Shown: positions 30,298-39,004 of the stretch, piece after piece
Numbering within the stretch: position 1 is the first letter of the stretch
How the letters are laid out: each line of letters begins with the position of its first letter
Assembly (NCBI GenBank): GCA_046290225.1
Contig: JBKAGE010000038.1
Location: forward strand, 96,001 to 160,000
DNA length: 64,000 nt
Direction of reading: 5' to 3'
DNA from: Bradymonadia bacterium
GTDB taxonomy: Bacteria > Myxococcota_A > Bradymonadia > UBA7976 > UBA1532
Translations under genes and position numbers: made by a program
Notes under the pieces: generated by a model
Told to the model about the DNA's origin: nothing
Database searches by the model: none
Seen by the model: the letters and a program-made list of their open reading frames with translations, nothing else

Positions 30298-31451
30298 CGG
30301 GTCACCTGGGGAAACACGATCTCTGGGGCTTTGAGCCCAATGCGGAGATCGTTGTGCCCGAAGCCGGGCAGCACCAGCAAGCCCCGATCGGCGCTGCCGA
30401 CGAGGTTGAGGCCATGACTGCGCATGATCGAAGGGGGCACGACCCGATCTTGAGCGCCGGCCACCCACAGCGCCGGCGTGCGGACGAGGTGGTGATAGTC
30501 GGCGTACTCGTGGGGATCCCGGCCCTCTGGACCACGACCATCGGCCACATGGGCCCGCATGGTGCCGTGGGCGATCCAGTCACAGAACTGCTCGAGCACT
30601 GGCACGGAGATGTCTTCGAGGGTGTGCAGGGTTTCAGCCTCGATGAGGGCCCGGCTCATGTTGCCGGGGTGCCAGACCACATGGCGCAGGGCCATCCCTG
30701 CCCCCTGACCCATCATGTGGGTCACCTCGCGGGTCAGGCGACCCACAGGGCCCCGCTTCTGAGCCAGCCAGCGCCCTCGAGCGGCGAGCCAGCCCGCCCG
30801 CACGCGATCGATGGGGGCGTGGCGTAGAATCCGTCGGGTCAGCCGACGGCCGAAGACGCCCTGAAACCACGTGTTGTACTCGTAGTAGCGGCCCGCGAGC
30901 GCCGAGGCCACGCCAGGACGGGCGTGCCAGTGCAGCACCGGCGGCACACCCACCAGCACCACACCAGAGACCTCACTGTTGCGCTGCTGAGCGAGGCCCG
31001 GCCGGTGGATGACCCGGCCGCTGCTGTCGTACAGCGCCCCCTGTAGATACATCAGGGTGGCCACTCCACCCATGCTGTGACAGACCACCAGCGGGGCCAT
31101 CCCGGTCTTGTGCCGCACCCGACTCAAGAACGCAGGCACATCGAGGAGCCCATAGTCGTCGATGCGGGCCGCCTGGGCCCCATCACCGCTCCGGTGTGGA
31201 TCGCGACCGTGGCCCCGGAAGTTGCCGAGCCAGACATCGAAGCCCGCCGCCCACAAGTGGTGCGCAAAGCTGTGGCCCGGGATCGGTAGATCCCAACCAT
31301 TGAGGTTCTGCGCCAGGCCGTGAAGGACCAGCACGGGCTGAGCACCAGGGCGAGGGTAGCGGCGCATGCCCAGCATCACGCCATCTACTGTCACGGTGCG
31401 CTCACAGGTGAACTCGGGGGTCGACACAGGGGTGGACACGATCGCGTTCAT
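30243..31451 (-). CDS. Alpha/beta-fold hydrolase (lipase/esterase-like)
   Basis: VLHGLAQN oxyanion loop, GFDVW..NFRGHG, CHSMGG nucleophile elbow, GAQD, FGHND. Confidence 0.9.
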   Translation of the reverse strand: MNAIVSTPVSTPEFTCERTVTVDGVMLGMRRYPRPGAQPVLVLHGLAQNLNGWDLPIPGHSFAHHLWAAGFDVWLGNFRGHGRDPHRSGDGAQAARIDDYGLLDVPAFLSRVRHKTGMAPLVVCHSMGGVATLMYLQGALYDSSGRVIHRPGLAQQRNSEVSGVVLVGVPPVLHWHARPGVASALAGRYYEYNTWFQGVFGRRLTRRILRHAPIDRVRAGWLAARGRWLAQKRGPVGRLTREVTHMMGQGAGMALRHVVWHPGNMSRALIEAETLHTLEDISVPVLEQFCDWIAHGTMRAHVADGRGPEGRDPHEYADYHHLVRTPALWVAGAQDRVVPPSIMRSHGLNLVGSADRGLLVLPGFGHNDLRIGLKAPEIVFPQVTRWLIDHTPPQYRAMRHPA

Positions 31452-31506
31452 TCAGACCTCTTGAACTGTCGGCACCGGAACCCGGGCCCATTGGCGGCGC
31501 AGGAAA

Positions 31507-31522
31507 AGCAACCCACGTGCCA
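31507..31522 (-). promoter_or_regulatory. Sigma-54 (-24/-12) promoter for the hydrolase-glxK-lipoprotein operon
   Basis: Minus strand reads TGGCACGTGGGTTGCT, an exact TGGCACG-N4-TTGCW match, about 55 bp upstream of ATG 31451. Confidence 0.8.
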
Positions 31523-31658
31523 TGGTGTCTCGGATCTCCACGTCAGGGCTCAACGGCGGGCAAGAGGGTGGGCAGGGCAATGTGAACAGTGCGTCGCTCA
31601 GGTGGCATTCAGGTGTCAACTGCCACCGAAAATTCGCACCATGTGGCCGGTGGGTCGC

Positions 31659-33419
31659 TCAGAAGGCCCCCATCCCCTTCTGCACGGCGGCGAAGGCCTT
31701 CTGGGCCAGCTCGGTGGGCACGTCGATGCGGAACTGCAACTGGCCACCCTCGGCACCCATGGAGATCGTGAGGCCCGTCTCCGCCTGGATGTCCTTAAGC
31801 AGGGAGACATAGGGGTTCATGCCACCCAGGGCGAGGCGCTTGGCCACCTCGACGGGGTTCACATACATGATCATGAAGGCGTTGGGGGCGGCGGTCTTCA
31901 GTGCCCGAGCGGGCCCCTTGGCCTTGTCAAGGCCACCGGCCATCTGCCCGCCGAGGAGCGCCTCGAGCACCGGCTTCGACCCGGGGCCGTAGCCCACGTA
32001 CATCAGATCATCTTTGATGGCGAAATGCTGCTCCGTGAAGGATTCCATCATGCCCATCATGGCCATGGCCTCGGGGGGCAGATCTTTCATCACAGTCTTG
32101 CTCGTGGCCACCTTGACGCCACTCACCTCATACGCCTCGGCGGTGTACTCCACCTTCACCCCGAGCTTCTCGTTGCTCGCCACGTAGACTGGATCGTTGT
32201 AGAGCTTGCTCATCAAGCCTGGGAACTTGCTCCCCTGCCCCTGCTGCATGCGCATCATGGCGCTCAGCGCCAGACCGGTACCGCTGGGATCAGGGTGCGC
32301 GGCGATCATCATCTCGTTGCCCAACAGCTTCATCACCTCGTCCATCGACGCGGCGAGGGCCTTACCCTGCTCAGGATCAGCTGCGACGGCGCTCATGATC
32401 GACGTGGCGAACTTGGAGAGGGTCTCCATGGGCAACGTCATCGAAGTGAAGAAAGGAGACTCTGGGGGGAACTTGCCCACGAGCTGAACCGGCTTGCCCT
32501 CAAGGCCCCGGAAAGTGCGGCTGAGCTCCGCCTCCAGCTTGGGGGCGAAGACCATCTTCAGCCCCGCTCCCTCGGCCCCGATGTCGAGGTTGACGTGCAG
32601 CGCGCTGAGATCGCGCACGGCGGACTCCATGAAGTCCACAATGCCCTCCACCATGGCCTCAGCGGCGGGGTTCTGCATCTGCTTCAGGTTGCTGGTCATC
32701 TCTGCGCGCATCTCGGTGAAGAAGGCCGCGATGGCGTCTTTGTGTACGGCGGCGATGTGGTCGAGCCGAACCACGAGCGAGCCCCCCTTGAGCAGGGCTG
32801 CAGTGCTCAGTGACTCGAAGAAGCTCTTGAACTCTCCGAACTGCCCCGGATGGCGGGTCACCACCACGGACTTGCCGATGAAGTTGATGTAGACCGGCGG
32901 TTTGGCACCCTCGTACTTGAGGTACGAGTAGGCGTTCCCCTCGTCCTTCTCTTTGAGGTACTTCTTGGGCAGTGAATCGACGAAGGCCTTCTGATCGCTG
33001 ATGGGCAACACCGCCGCCACCGGCGCCTTGGGGAACTTGGTGTTGTCGAAGACGGCCACCCGCATGGTGCCCTTCCCATCGAGGCCCTTGGGGCTGGTCA
33101 GGTAGAGCTCGGCCTGCAGCTGGCTCACCGCCTGCTCCTCCGCAGGCAACGCCTGGCCCGTGACCGCCTGCAACATCGCGCCGGCGCCGTTGAGGAACTC
33201 CGCGAGCCCCCCAGAGGTGCCGCCATAGGCCATGACCGATGCAGGCACCTCGAGGGTCTTCAGCTTGGGCGTTTTGGCCTTCTTCGGCGTCTCTACGCTC
33301 GCCTTCTTGGCCCCCTCCGCCGTCTTCTTGCCGCCCTCCTCGGGCTTCTTCCCGCACCCGGTCACCATCAACAGGCTCAGGGCAGCGGCCCCGATCAACT
33401 TGGTCCGACCCAATCGCAT
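31659..33419 (-). CDS. Hypothetical lipoprotein
   Basis: ATG 33419 after GGAG; lipobox VTGC; Lys-rich linker; strong coding bias. Confidence 0.75.
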   Translation of the reverse strand: MRLGRTKLIGAAALSLLMVTGCGKKPEEGGKKTAEGAKKASVETPKKAKTPKLKTLEVPASVMAYGGTSGGLAEFLNGAGAMLQAVTGQALPAEEQAVSQLQAELYLTSPKGLDGKGTMRVAVFDNTKFPKAPVAAVLPISDQKAFVDSLPKKYLKEKDEGNAYSYLKYEGAKPPVYINFIGKSVVVTRHPGQFGEFKSFFESLSTAALLKGGSLVVRLDHIAAVHKDAIAAFFTEMRAEMTSNLKQMQNPAAEAMVEGIVDFMESAVRDLSALHVNLDIGAEGAGLKMVFAPKLEAELSRTFRGLEGKPVQLVGKFPPESPFFTSMTLPMETLSKFATSIMSAVAADPEQGKALAASMDEVMKLLGNEMMIAAHPDPSGTGLALSAMMRMQQGQGSKFPGLMSKLYNDPVYVASNEKLGVKVEYTAEAYEVSGVKVATSKTVMKDLPPEAMAMMGMMESFTEQHFAIKDDLMYVGYGPGSKPVLEALLGGQMAGGLDKAKGPARALKTAAPNAFMIMYVNPVEVAKRLALGGMNPYVSLLKDIQAETGLTISMGAEGGQLQFRIDVPTELAQKAFAAVQKGMGAF

Positions 33420-33602
33420 CACCACTCCGTCTTCATCTCGAGGCGGCCTTAAAATTTGGCCGCGTCTGCACAGGCGCCGCGAAGCTCGCTCACATGCACA
33501 CTTCAGCGAACGTCGAGGCAATGGCCTCGGCAAACCTCTAACAAAACCGCACCAGCCTGTGTAGCGGAACAGCGCCACGGGCCTTCAGGAAGCTCGGCGC
33601 TC

Positions 33603-33632
33603 TTGACAGTGTAATCACAAGGTTGCTAATCG
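33603..33632 (+). promoter_or_regulatory. Putative sigma-70-type promoter for the OmpA gene
   Basis: TTGACA followed by TG-c-TAATCG, upstream of GAGGAG and TTG 33706. Confidence 0.45.
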
Positions 33633-33705
33633 AGGCGGCCGCCTTGGGCTCATCGGAGCCCCTCGAGGCACCCAATCATTCCGCCTTCATTGCGAGGAGA
33701 ACGCC

Positions 33706-35307
33706 TTGCGCCGCGCTGGACGACTGTCTGCATTTCTTCTCCCGGCCCTCGTGTGGGCCGCCCCTGCCCACAGCCAGGTCCGCCCAGGGAGCGTCGAGCT
33801 CGGCGTCTACGGCGGTTACTGGGAGGGTGACGGGATCCTCAAAGATGCCCCCATCATCGGTGGGCGCATCATGTACAACCTGAGCCGCATCTTCGGCCTC
33901 GAGGTCTCGTACGGCTTCGTGCCCACCGAGGCTGAGCGTTTCGAAGACGTGCCCACGGCCGGCGGCCTCACCCGCCAGGCCGTGACCGAGGATCAGAACG
34001 TCCACGAGACCTCTCTGAACCTGGTCGTGCACCTCAGCGACACCGTGATCACCCCCTACATCAGCGTGGGTGCCGACATGGTGAACGCCGAGGAGACGAG
34101 CTTCGGCCCCAACGTGGCCCTCGGCGCCAAGTACTACATGACCGAGGATCTCTCGCTCCGCGCCGACGTGCGGGCCTACTTCAGCGAGGATGATCAGTTC
34201 GGCAACAGCTTCTTCCACTCCGAGGCCACCCTGGGCCTGGGGTACCAGCTGGGCGGCGACTACGACATCGACAACGACGGCATCAAGAACGTCGACGATC
34301 AGTGCAAGACCAAGCCTGAGGACAAGGACGGCTTCGAAGACAGCGACGGCTGTCCTGAGCCCGATAACGATCAGGACGGCATCAAAGACGTCGACGACAA
34401 GTGTCCCAACGAGAAAGAGGATGCTGACGGCGATGCCGACGAGGACGGCTGCCCCGATCTCGACAAGGACGGCGACGGCGTCGACGACAAGGTCGACCAG
34501 TGCGTTGACACCCCCGAGGACAAGGACGGCTTCGAAGACGAGGACGGCTGCCCCGAGGATGACAACGACAAGGACGGCATCAAGGACGCCGAGGACAAGT
34601 GCCCCAACGAGGCCGAGGACAAGGACGGCTTCGAGGACACTGACGGTTGCCCCGACACCGACAATGACAAGGACAGCATCCTCGACACTGCGGACAAGTG
34701 CCCCGACGGCGCCGAGGATAAGGATGGCTTCCAGGACGAAGACGGCTGTCCTGATCCGGACAACGATCACGACGGCGTGCTCGACGCTGACGACAAGTGC
34801 CCCGCTGAAAAAGAGGTCATCAACGGCTTCGAAGACGAAGATGGCTGCCCCGACAAGGGTGCCTCCAAGGTGAAGATCACCCGCGAGGGCATCGAGATCC
34901 TGGAGCAGGTCTACTTCGAGAATGGCAAGGCTGTCATCAAGACCAAGAGCCTTGTCCTGCTCAACCAGGTGGCCCTCACCCTGAATGCCGCCGACTACGT
35001 GAAGAAGGTGGAGGTCCAGGGCCACACCGACGACCGCGGCAAGGATGCCGCGAACATGGAGCTCTCCCAGAAGCGCGCCGAGGCTGTCCGTGATTACCTC
35101 ACCAGCCGCGGCATCGCTGGCGATCGCCTCATCGCCAAGGGCTACGGCGAGACGCAGCCCATCGCCTCGAACAAGACCCGCAAGGGCCGGGCGACGAACC
35201 GCCGCGTGGCCTTCGTGATTCTCGAGCAGAAGCTCGTGGAAGAGGTCGAGGTGCCTGCTGAGAGCGGTAAGCCCGCTGAAGAGGCCCCCAAGAAGGAAGA
35301 GAAGTAA
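33706..35307 (+). CDS. OmpA-family protein: N-terminal beta-barrel, thrombospondin type-3 repeats, C-terminal peptidoglycan-binding domain
   Basis: Signal peptide, barrel ending LGLGYQL, six DxDxDG..D.CP..ED.DGF.D.DGCP units, then VQGHTD..N.ELSQKRAEAV..GYGE..P..NRRV. Confidence 0.93.
   Translation: MRRAGRLSAFLLPALVWAAPAHSQVRPGSVELGVYGGYWEGDGILKDAPIIGGRIMYNLSRIFGLEVSYGFVPTEAERFEDVPTAGGLTRQAVTEDQNVHETSLNLVVHLSDTVITPYISVGADMVNAEETSFGPNVALGAKYYMTEDLSLRADVRAYFSEDDQFGNSFFHSEATLGLGYQLGGDYDIDNDGIKNVDDQCKTKPEDKDGFEDSDGCPEPDNDQDGIKDVDDKCPNEKEDADGDADEDGCPDLDKDGDGVDDKVDQCVDTPEDKDGFEDEDGCPEDDNDKDGIKDAEDKCPNEAEDKDGFEDTDGCPDTDNDKDSILDTADKCPDGAEDKDGFQDEDGCPDPDNDHDGVLDADDKCPAEKEVINGFEDEDGCPDKGASKVKITREGIEILEQVYFENGKAVIKTKSLVLLNQVALTLNAADYVKKVEVQGHTDDRGKDAANMELSQKRAEAVRDYLTSRGIAGDRLIAKGYGETQPIASNKTRKGRATNRRVAFVILEQKLVEEVEVPAESGKPAEEAPKKEEK
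34264..34857 (+). repeat. Six coding 99-bp (33-aa) TSP3 tandem repeats
   Basis: Counted directly in the translation. Confidence 0.85.
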
Positions 35308-35380
35308 GCACGCTTCTCCCTGCCCCTCGCCCGCTTCAGGGCGCCATTCTCCCTCTCACATCTGATGGCCCGGCTCTGAC

Positions 35381-35817
35381 CTGTTGAGCGGACGGCCGTG
35401 CTTGCGCACCGCCTGTAGCGGACGGTCATCGCCTTGCGGCGACAGCCTGTGGCGGGCGCCTGAACCAGCTGTGCTGGTACAGAGCTGTAGCGGACGCCGA
35501 GTCTGCCTCCGGCAGCCTGAGCTGTAGCTTTTTTAAAGAGTTATGGTGTGCCTGGTGGGTTTCTCAACCCAGGTAGGGGCTTACGCTGGAACTGGTGCGT
35601 CAGGGCCAACTGCGTCTGCGGTAGATGAATCCACACACACCCCCCTCAACTGATCTTCAAAAGGCTACAGGGAATTTGCCGAAGGCAAATGAGCGTCCGC
35701 TACAGCTTTGCACCGGCGTAAGCCGGGGCAGGCGTCCGCTACAGACGCAGCGCAGCTGGGTCGTCCGCTACAGGCGGTGCCAAAGGCACGAAAGCTTTAG
35801 CTGGCCGTCCGCTCTAC
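35381..35817. repeat. Mirror-symmetric repeat/hairpin array (5+5 copies of CTGTAGCGGACG / CGTCCGCTACAG, some degenerate); possible structured ncRNA or MITE/BIME-like element
   Basis: Left copies at 35381, 35413, 35447, 35485, 35522 (partial). Right inverted copies at 35664 (partial), 35694, 35733, 35762, 35806. Each gap holds a short hairpin. Confidence 0.9.
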
Positions 35818-38800
35818 TTAACGACGATCTCACCCTCTTCAGTGAGCTCCACCATTTTGGTGATCGTGCCGTCTTTCTCGACGTTGAGCTTCAGCTCCGT
35901 CCGCGCCCGGGTCTCCTCGTCGAAGATCACCAGCTTCTGCTCGCCTTCTTCGATGGGGTGGTCCACCACTGGGGTCTTGCCGATCTCTTTGTTCCCCACA
36001 TAGACCGTGAGCTTCTGCTTCTTTTTGGCAGGCTTCACCGTCAGTTTGCCGAAGAACTTCGCCGGCGCGGTCATGCGGATGTAGATCGTGTAGTGGCTCT
36101 CCACCACATCGAGATCCCACTCCGCAGGATCATAGCCGTCGAGCTCAGCCCGGAGACGCAGCGGCGTATTCGGCTTGCGGCTCACCCGGAGTGGCTCGCG
36201 GCCACCAGCACGGCCCAGGGGCACCTTCGCGCCGGGCTCACTCATATCGAAGACCAGCGCCCCTGAGGGGATCGTCTCCACCATGATCGTCGACAGGGCC
36301 CTCGGGCCAGCATCAGGGACCATCCGGATGGCGATGTTCCGGTTCTCTTTCTCGCTCACCTTGAACCGTACGTGTTGAGGGTAGAAACCCTCCTTCGTCA
36401 GCTTCAGGCTGATGTCGTTGCGGGCACCCACCCGTGGGAAGCTCTTGGGGGTCTCACCCACGGCAGTGCCATTGATCTCGATTTGAGCACCCTCAGGGGC
36501 CGTCTCGACCTTCAAAGCGCCAAAGGCAGGCAAGCCTTCCTTCAGCTTGAAGTCGACATCAGCACCACCCTCGGCCACCTGAACCCTGCGCTCCGCGGGC
36601 AAAAAGCCGCCCAGCAGGACACGGACCGTCGAGGGACGGCCAACATAGGTCTCCACTGAGGTGGGCGTCTTGCCATCGAGCAAGTTGCCATTCACCACCA
36701 CCCGAGCGCCGAGGGGCTCACTGGTGATGCGCAGGATCGCCTTTCGAAGAGGCGGTGGTGGCGGTGCCTCTGTTGTCTGGCCCAGCTTTGGTTGCTCGAA
36801 GATGTTTGCAGTCTTGCCGAGCTTCGGCCCTTCGGTCTGGGTCATCAGGTAGTACAAACCGAAGCCGCCACCAGCCACCAGCAGCAGGATCACCAGGCCT
36901 GCGTAGCTGCGTCGAATGCGCAGCGACATCGAGAGGCTGCGCTCAGTCGGGGGTGGGTTCGACGGCTTGTTCTGAGCCTGCTTCTCTGCATCGGAGGCAG
37001 CAGTCAGATCAGGAGGCATCAGCAAAGCGCTCGCAGAGAGACGCGCTGACTCACCCGACCCCTTCACAGCAGACTCAGGGATCCGCATAGGCTGCTCTTG
37101 CGCTGCAGGAGAGGTCTGAGTCGCCGGTTGCACGGCGGGCGGAGCTGAAACAGGCGGCTGGGCAGCAGGCGGTGGGACAGGCTCTGACTGCATGGGGGCC
37201 GTGCGCCGCGGGTTGGGCGTCTCGAAGACAGGGATCTCCGGGCTCGGCGTCTGCTCGACCAGCGGCTGCTCGGGCGGTGCGGACACAGCGGGGCCCGCCG
37301 GGGTCTCTGTAGAGAGCTCGGCGATCAGACCAGTGGCAGGCGCCACAGGCGCTGCAGCAGGCTCCATCACAGTAGGGCCTTCCATGGGCCCGGGCTGGGG
37401 CGGAGGCGGATCGAGGAGCGGGTTGATCTCATCTGCCGAGGCCACCACGGTCACCACGGCCTCGGTGGCTGGACCTGGGGCCATCTCTGTGGGCGCCTCG
37501 AGATTCAGCGCCTGCTCTTCAGCAGAAGCAGGCATCGGTGCAGGGGCGCCCAAGTCGGGGGCGATGCTGGGGGCGATGTCGGCCTCGGGCACATCGAGGG
37601 AGGCCACCATCTCCGTCCTCGAATCGTCGAGTTCTACAGACTCGAGCATCGAGCCCGGCCCTGATGCCTGGGCAGGCTGAGCGCTCTCTGCCTGCTCTGG
37701 CTCCGATGCAGCAACTCCAGATGCAGTCGCTCCAGATGCCGTCGCTCCAGATGCTTCAGGCCCAGGTGCAGCCTCGGGATCTGGGGTCGCCTCGAGCAGC
37801 GCCGAAGGGATCGTCGAAAGCTGCGTGTCTCCAGTCGGGAAACCTTCCGCTGGGGTCATACCCGGCAACGCGGACTCGGCGTTCGAGTCAGTGGCCGGCA
37901 GGCTGGGTGATGGCTCCAACAAGTTGACCAGACCACCGGCAGGCTCACTCGCACGGGCCCGCTCGAGTTCCAGCGTCTCTCGGAAGAGGGTCTGCATGTA
38001 GTTGGCCAGCATGCCCGCGGTGGAGCGCATGCCTTCACCGGCGAGGAAGTCCTCCAGGGCGATCTGCATCGCCCGAGCATCCGGGTAGCGCGCCTCGGGA
38101 TCACGGGCGAGCGCCCGCATGATCACCTTCTCTAGGCGTTCGGGGAATTCGGGGTTCACCGAGCGAGGGGGCGGCACCTCGCACTGGGCCACCACGGCGA
38201 GTGTGTCTTCACCATCGGTGCCACGGAACAAGCGGCGGCCTACAGTGATCTCGTAGAGGTTGATGCCTGCAGCGAAGACGTCGGCCCGGGCGTCGACAGG
38301 GGCCTGAGTCACCTGCTCCGGCGACATGTAGCCAGCCTTGCCGGCGATCATCCCCGTGATCTCCTGAGGGCTCGAGGCATCTCGAGCGACCCCGAAGTCC
38401 ACCAGCTTCACCCCGCCGTCGAAGGTCACCAGGATGTTCGTGGGGGTGACGTCTTGATGCACGATGCCCAGGGCTTTGCCCTCTTTGTCCGATCGCGTGT
38501 GTGCGTAATGCAACGCATCGAGCACCTCGGCGACCACCCTCACGGCATGCTGGAGCGGCAGATAGTTGCCCTCAGCGATGCCCTGTGAGCAGACTCGGCG
38601 CAGGTCGACGCCATGGACGTATTCCATGGCGATGTAGTAGTCGTCCTGCTCACGTCCGAGATCGAAAATCTGGGCGATGTTGGGGTGGGTCAGCGCTGCT
38701 GCGATGCGCCCCTCTTCGAGGAACATCTGCACGCGATCGTCCTGCGACGCGAAGTTCGGCAGCAGGCGCTTGACCACGACCTCTTTTTCGAAGCCGCCCA

Positions 38801-38912
38801 TGCCTCCCTGACGGGCCAGAAAGATTTCCGCCATCCCCCCAGTCGCGAGGCGTCGCAGAAGGGTGTATTTACCAAATTGCTGCGGAAACTCCATGGGCAA
38901 AAGGCCCCTCAT
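35814..38912 (-). CDS. Membrane Ser/Thr kinase with long Pro/Ala linker, TM helix and PEGA-like domains
   Basis: TGGMAEIF, VVVKR, HQDVTPTN, DFG, GKAGYMSPEQ; TM YAGLVILLLVAGGGFGLYYL; ITSEPLGARVVVNG..GKTP and VETAPEGAQIEING..GETP. Start could be ATG 38894. Confidence 0.93.
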   Translation of the reverse strand: MRGLLPMEFPQQFGKYTLLRRLATGGMAEIFLARQGGMGGFEKEVVVKRLLPNFASQDDRVQMFLEEGRIAAALTHPNIAQIFDLGREQDDYYIAMEYVHGVDLRRVCSQGIAEGNYLPLQHAVRVVAEVLDALHYAHTRSDKEGKALGIVHQDVTPTNILVTFDGGVKLVDFGVARDASSPQEITGMIAGKAGYMSPEQVTQAPVDARADVFAAGINLYEITVGRRLFRGTDGEDTLAVVAQCEVPPPRSVNPEFPERLEKVIMRALARDPEARYPDARAMQIALEDFLAGEGMRSTAGMLANYMQTLFRETLELERARASEPAGGLVNLLEPSPSLPATDSNAESALPGMTPAEGFPTGDTQLSTIPSALLEATPDPEAAPGPEASGATASGATASGVAASEPEQAESAQPAQASGPGSMLESVELDDSRTEMVASLDVPEADIAPSIAPDLGAPAPMPASAEEQALNLEAPTEMAPGPATEAVVTVVASADEINPLLDPPPPQPGPMEGPTVMEPAAAPVAPATGLIAELSTETPAGPAVSAPPEQPLVEQTPSPEIPVFETPNPRRTAPMQSEPVPPPAAQPPVSAPPAVQPATQTSPAAQEQPMRIPESAVKGSGESARLSASALLMPPDLTAASDAEKQAQNKPSNPPPTERSLSMSLRIRRSYAGLVILLLVAGGGFGLYYLMTQTEGPKLGKTANIFEQPKLGQTTEAPPPPPLRKAILRITSEPLGARVVVNGNLLDGKTPTSVETYVGRPSTVRVLLGGFLPAERRVQVAEGGADVDFKLKEGLPAFGALKVETAPEGAQIEINGTAVGETPKSFPRVGARNDISLKLTKEGFYPQHVRFKVSEKENRNIAIRMVPDAGPRALSTIMVETIPSGALVFDMSEPGAKVPLGRAGGREPLRVSRKPNTPLRLRAELDGYDPAEWDLDVVESHYTIYIRMTAPAKFFGKLTVKPAKKKQKLTVYVGNKEIGKTPVVDHPIEEGEQKLVIFDEETRARTELKLNVEKDGTITKMVELTEEGEIVVK

Positions 38913-39004
38913 AACAACCTTGAAATCAAGGGGAATCCTATGAGCGCCAGCGTTGTAGTGTCAAAAGAAATGCCCCAGTGGTTTCAGGAAAGCCCTGCAT
39001 TTAA

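Noticed and set aside
35381..35817. CRISPR array
   Set aside because: Repeats are only 12 bp, occur in two opposite orientations and have self-complementary spacers; no cas genes in the window.
35381..35817. Known ncRNA (SRP, 6S, tmRNA, RNase P) or autonomous IS
   Set aside because: No signature motifs recognised, no transposase and no clear target-site duplication. A non-autonomous element remains possible.
35625..36266. 213-aa plus-strand ORF
   Set aside because: Runs through the repeat array and antisense to the kinase; no motifs.
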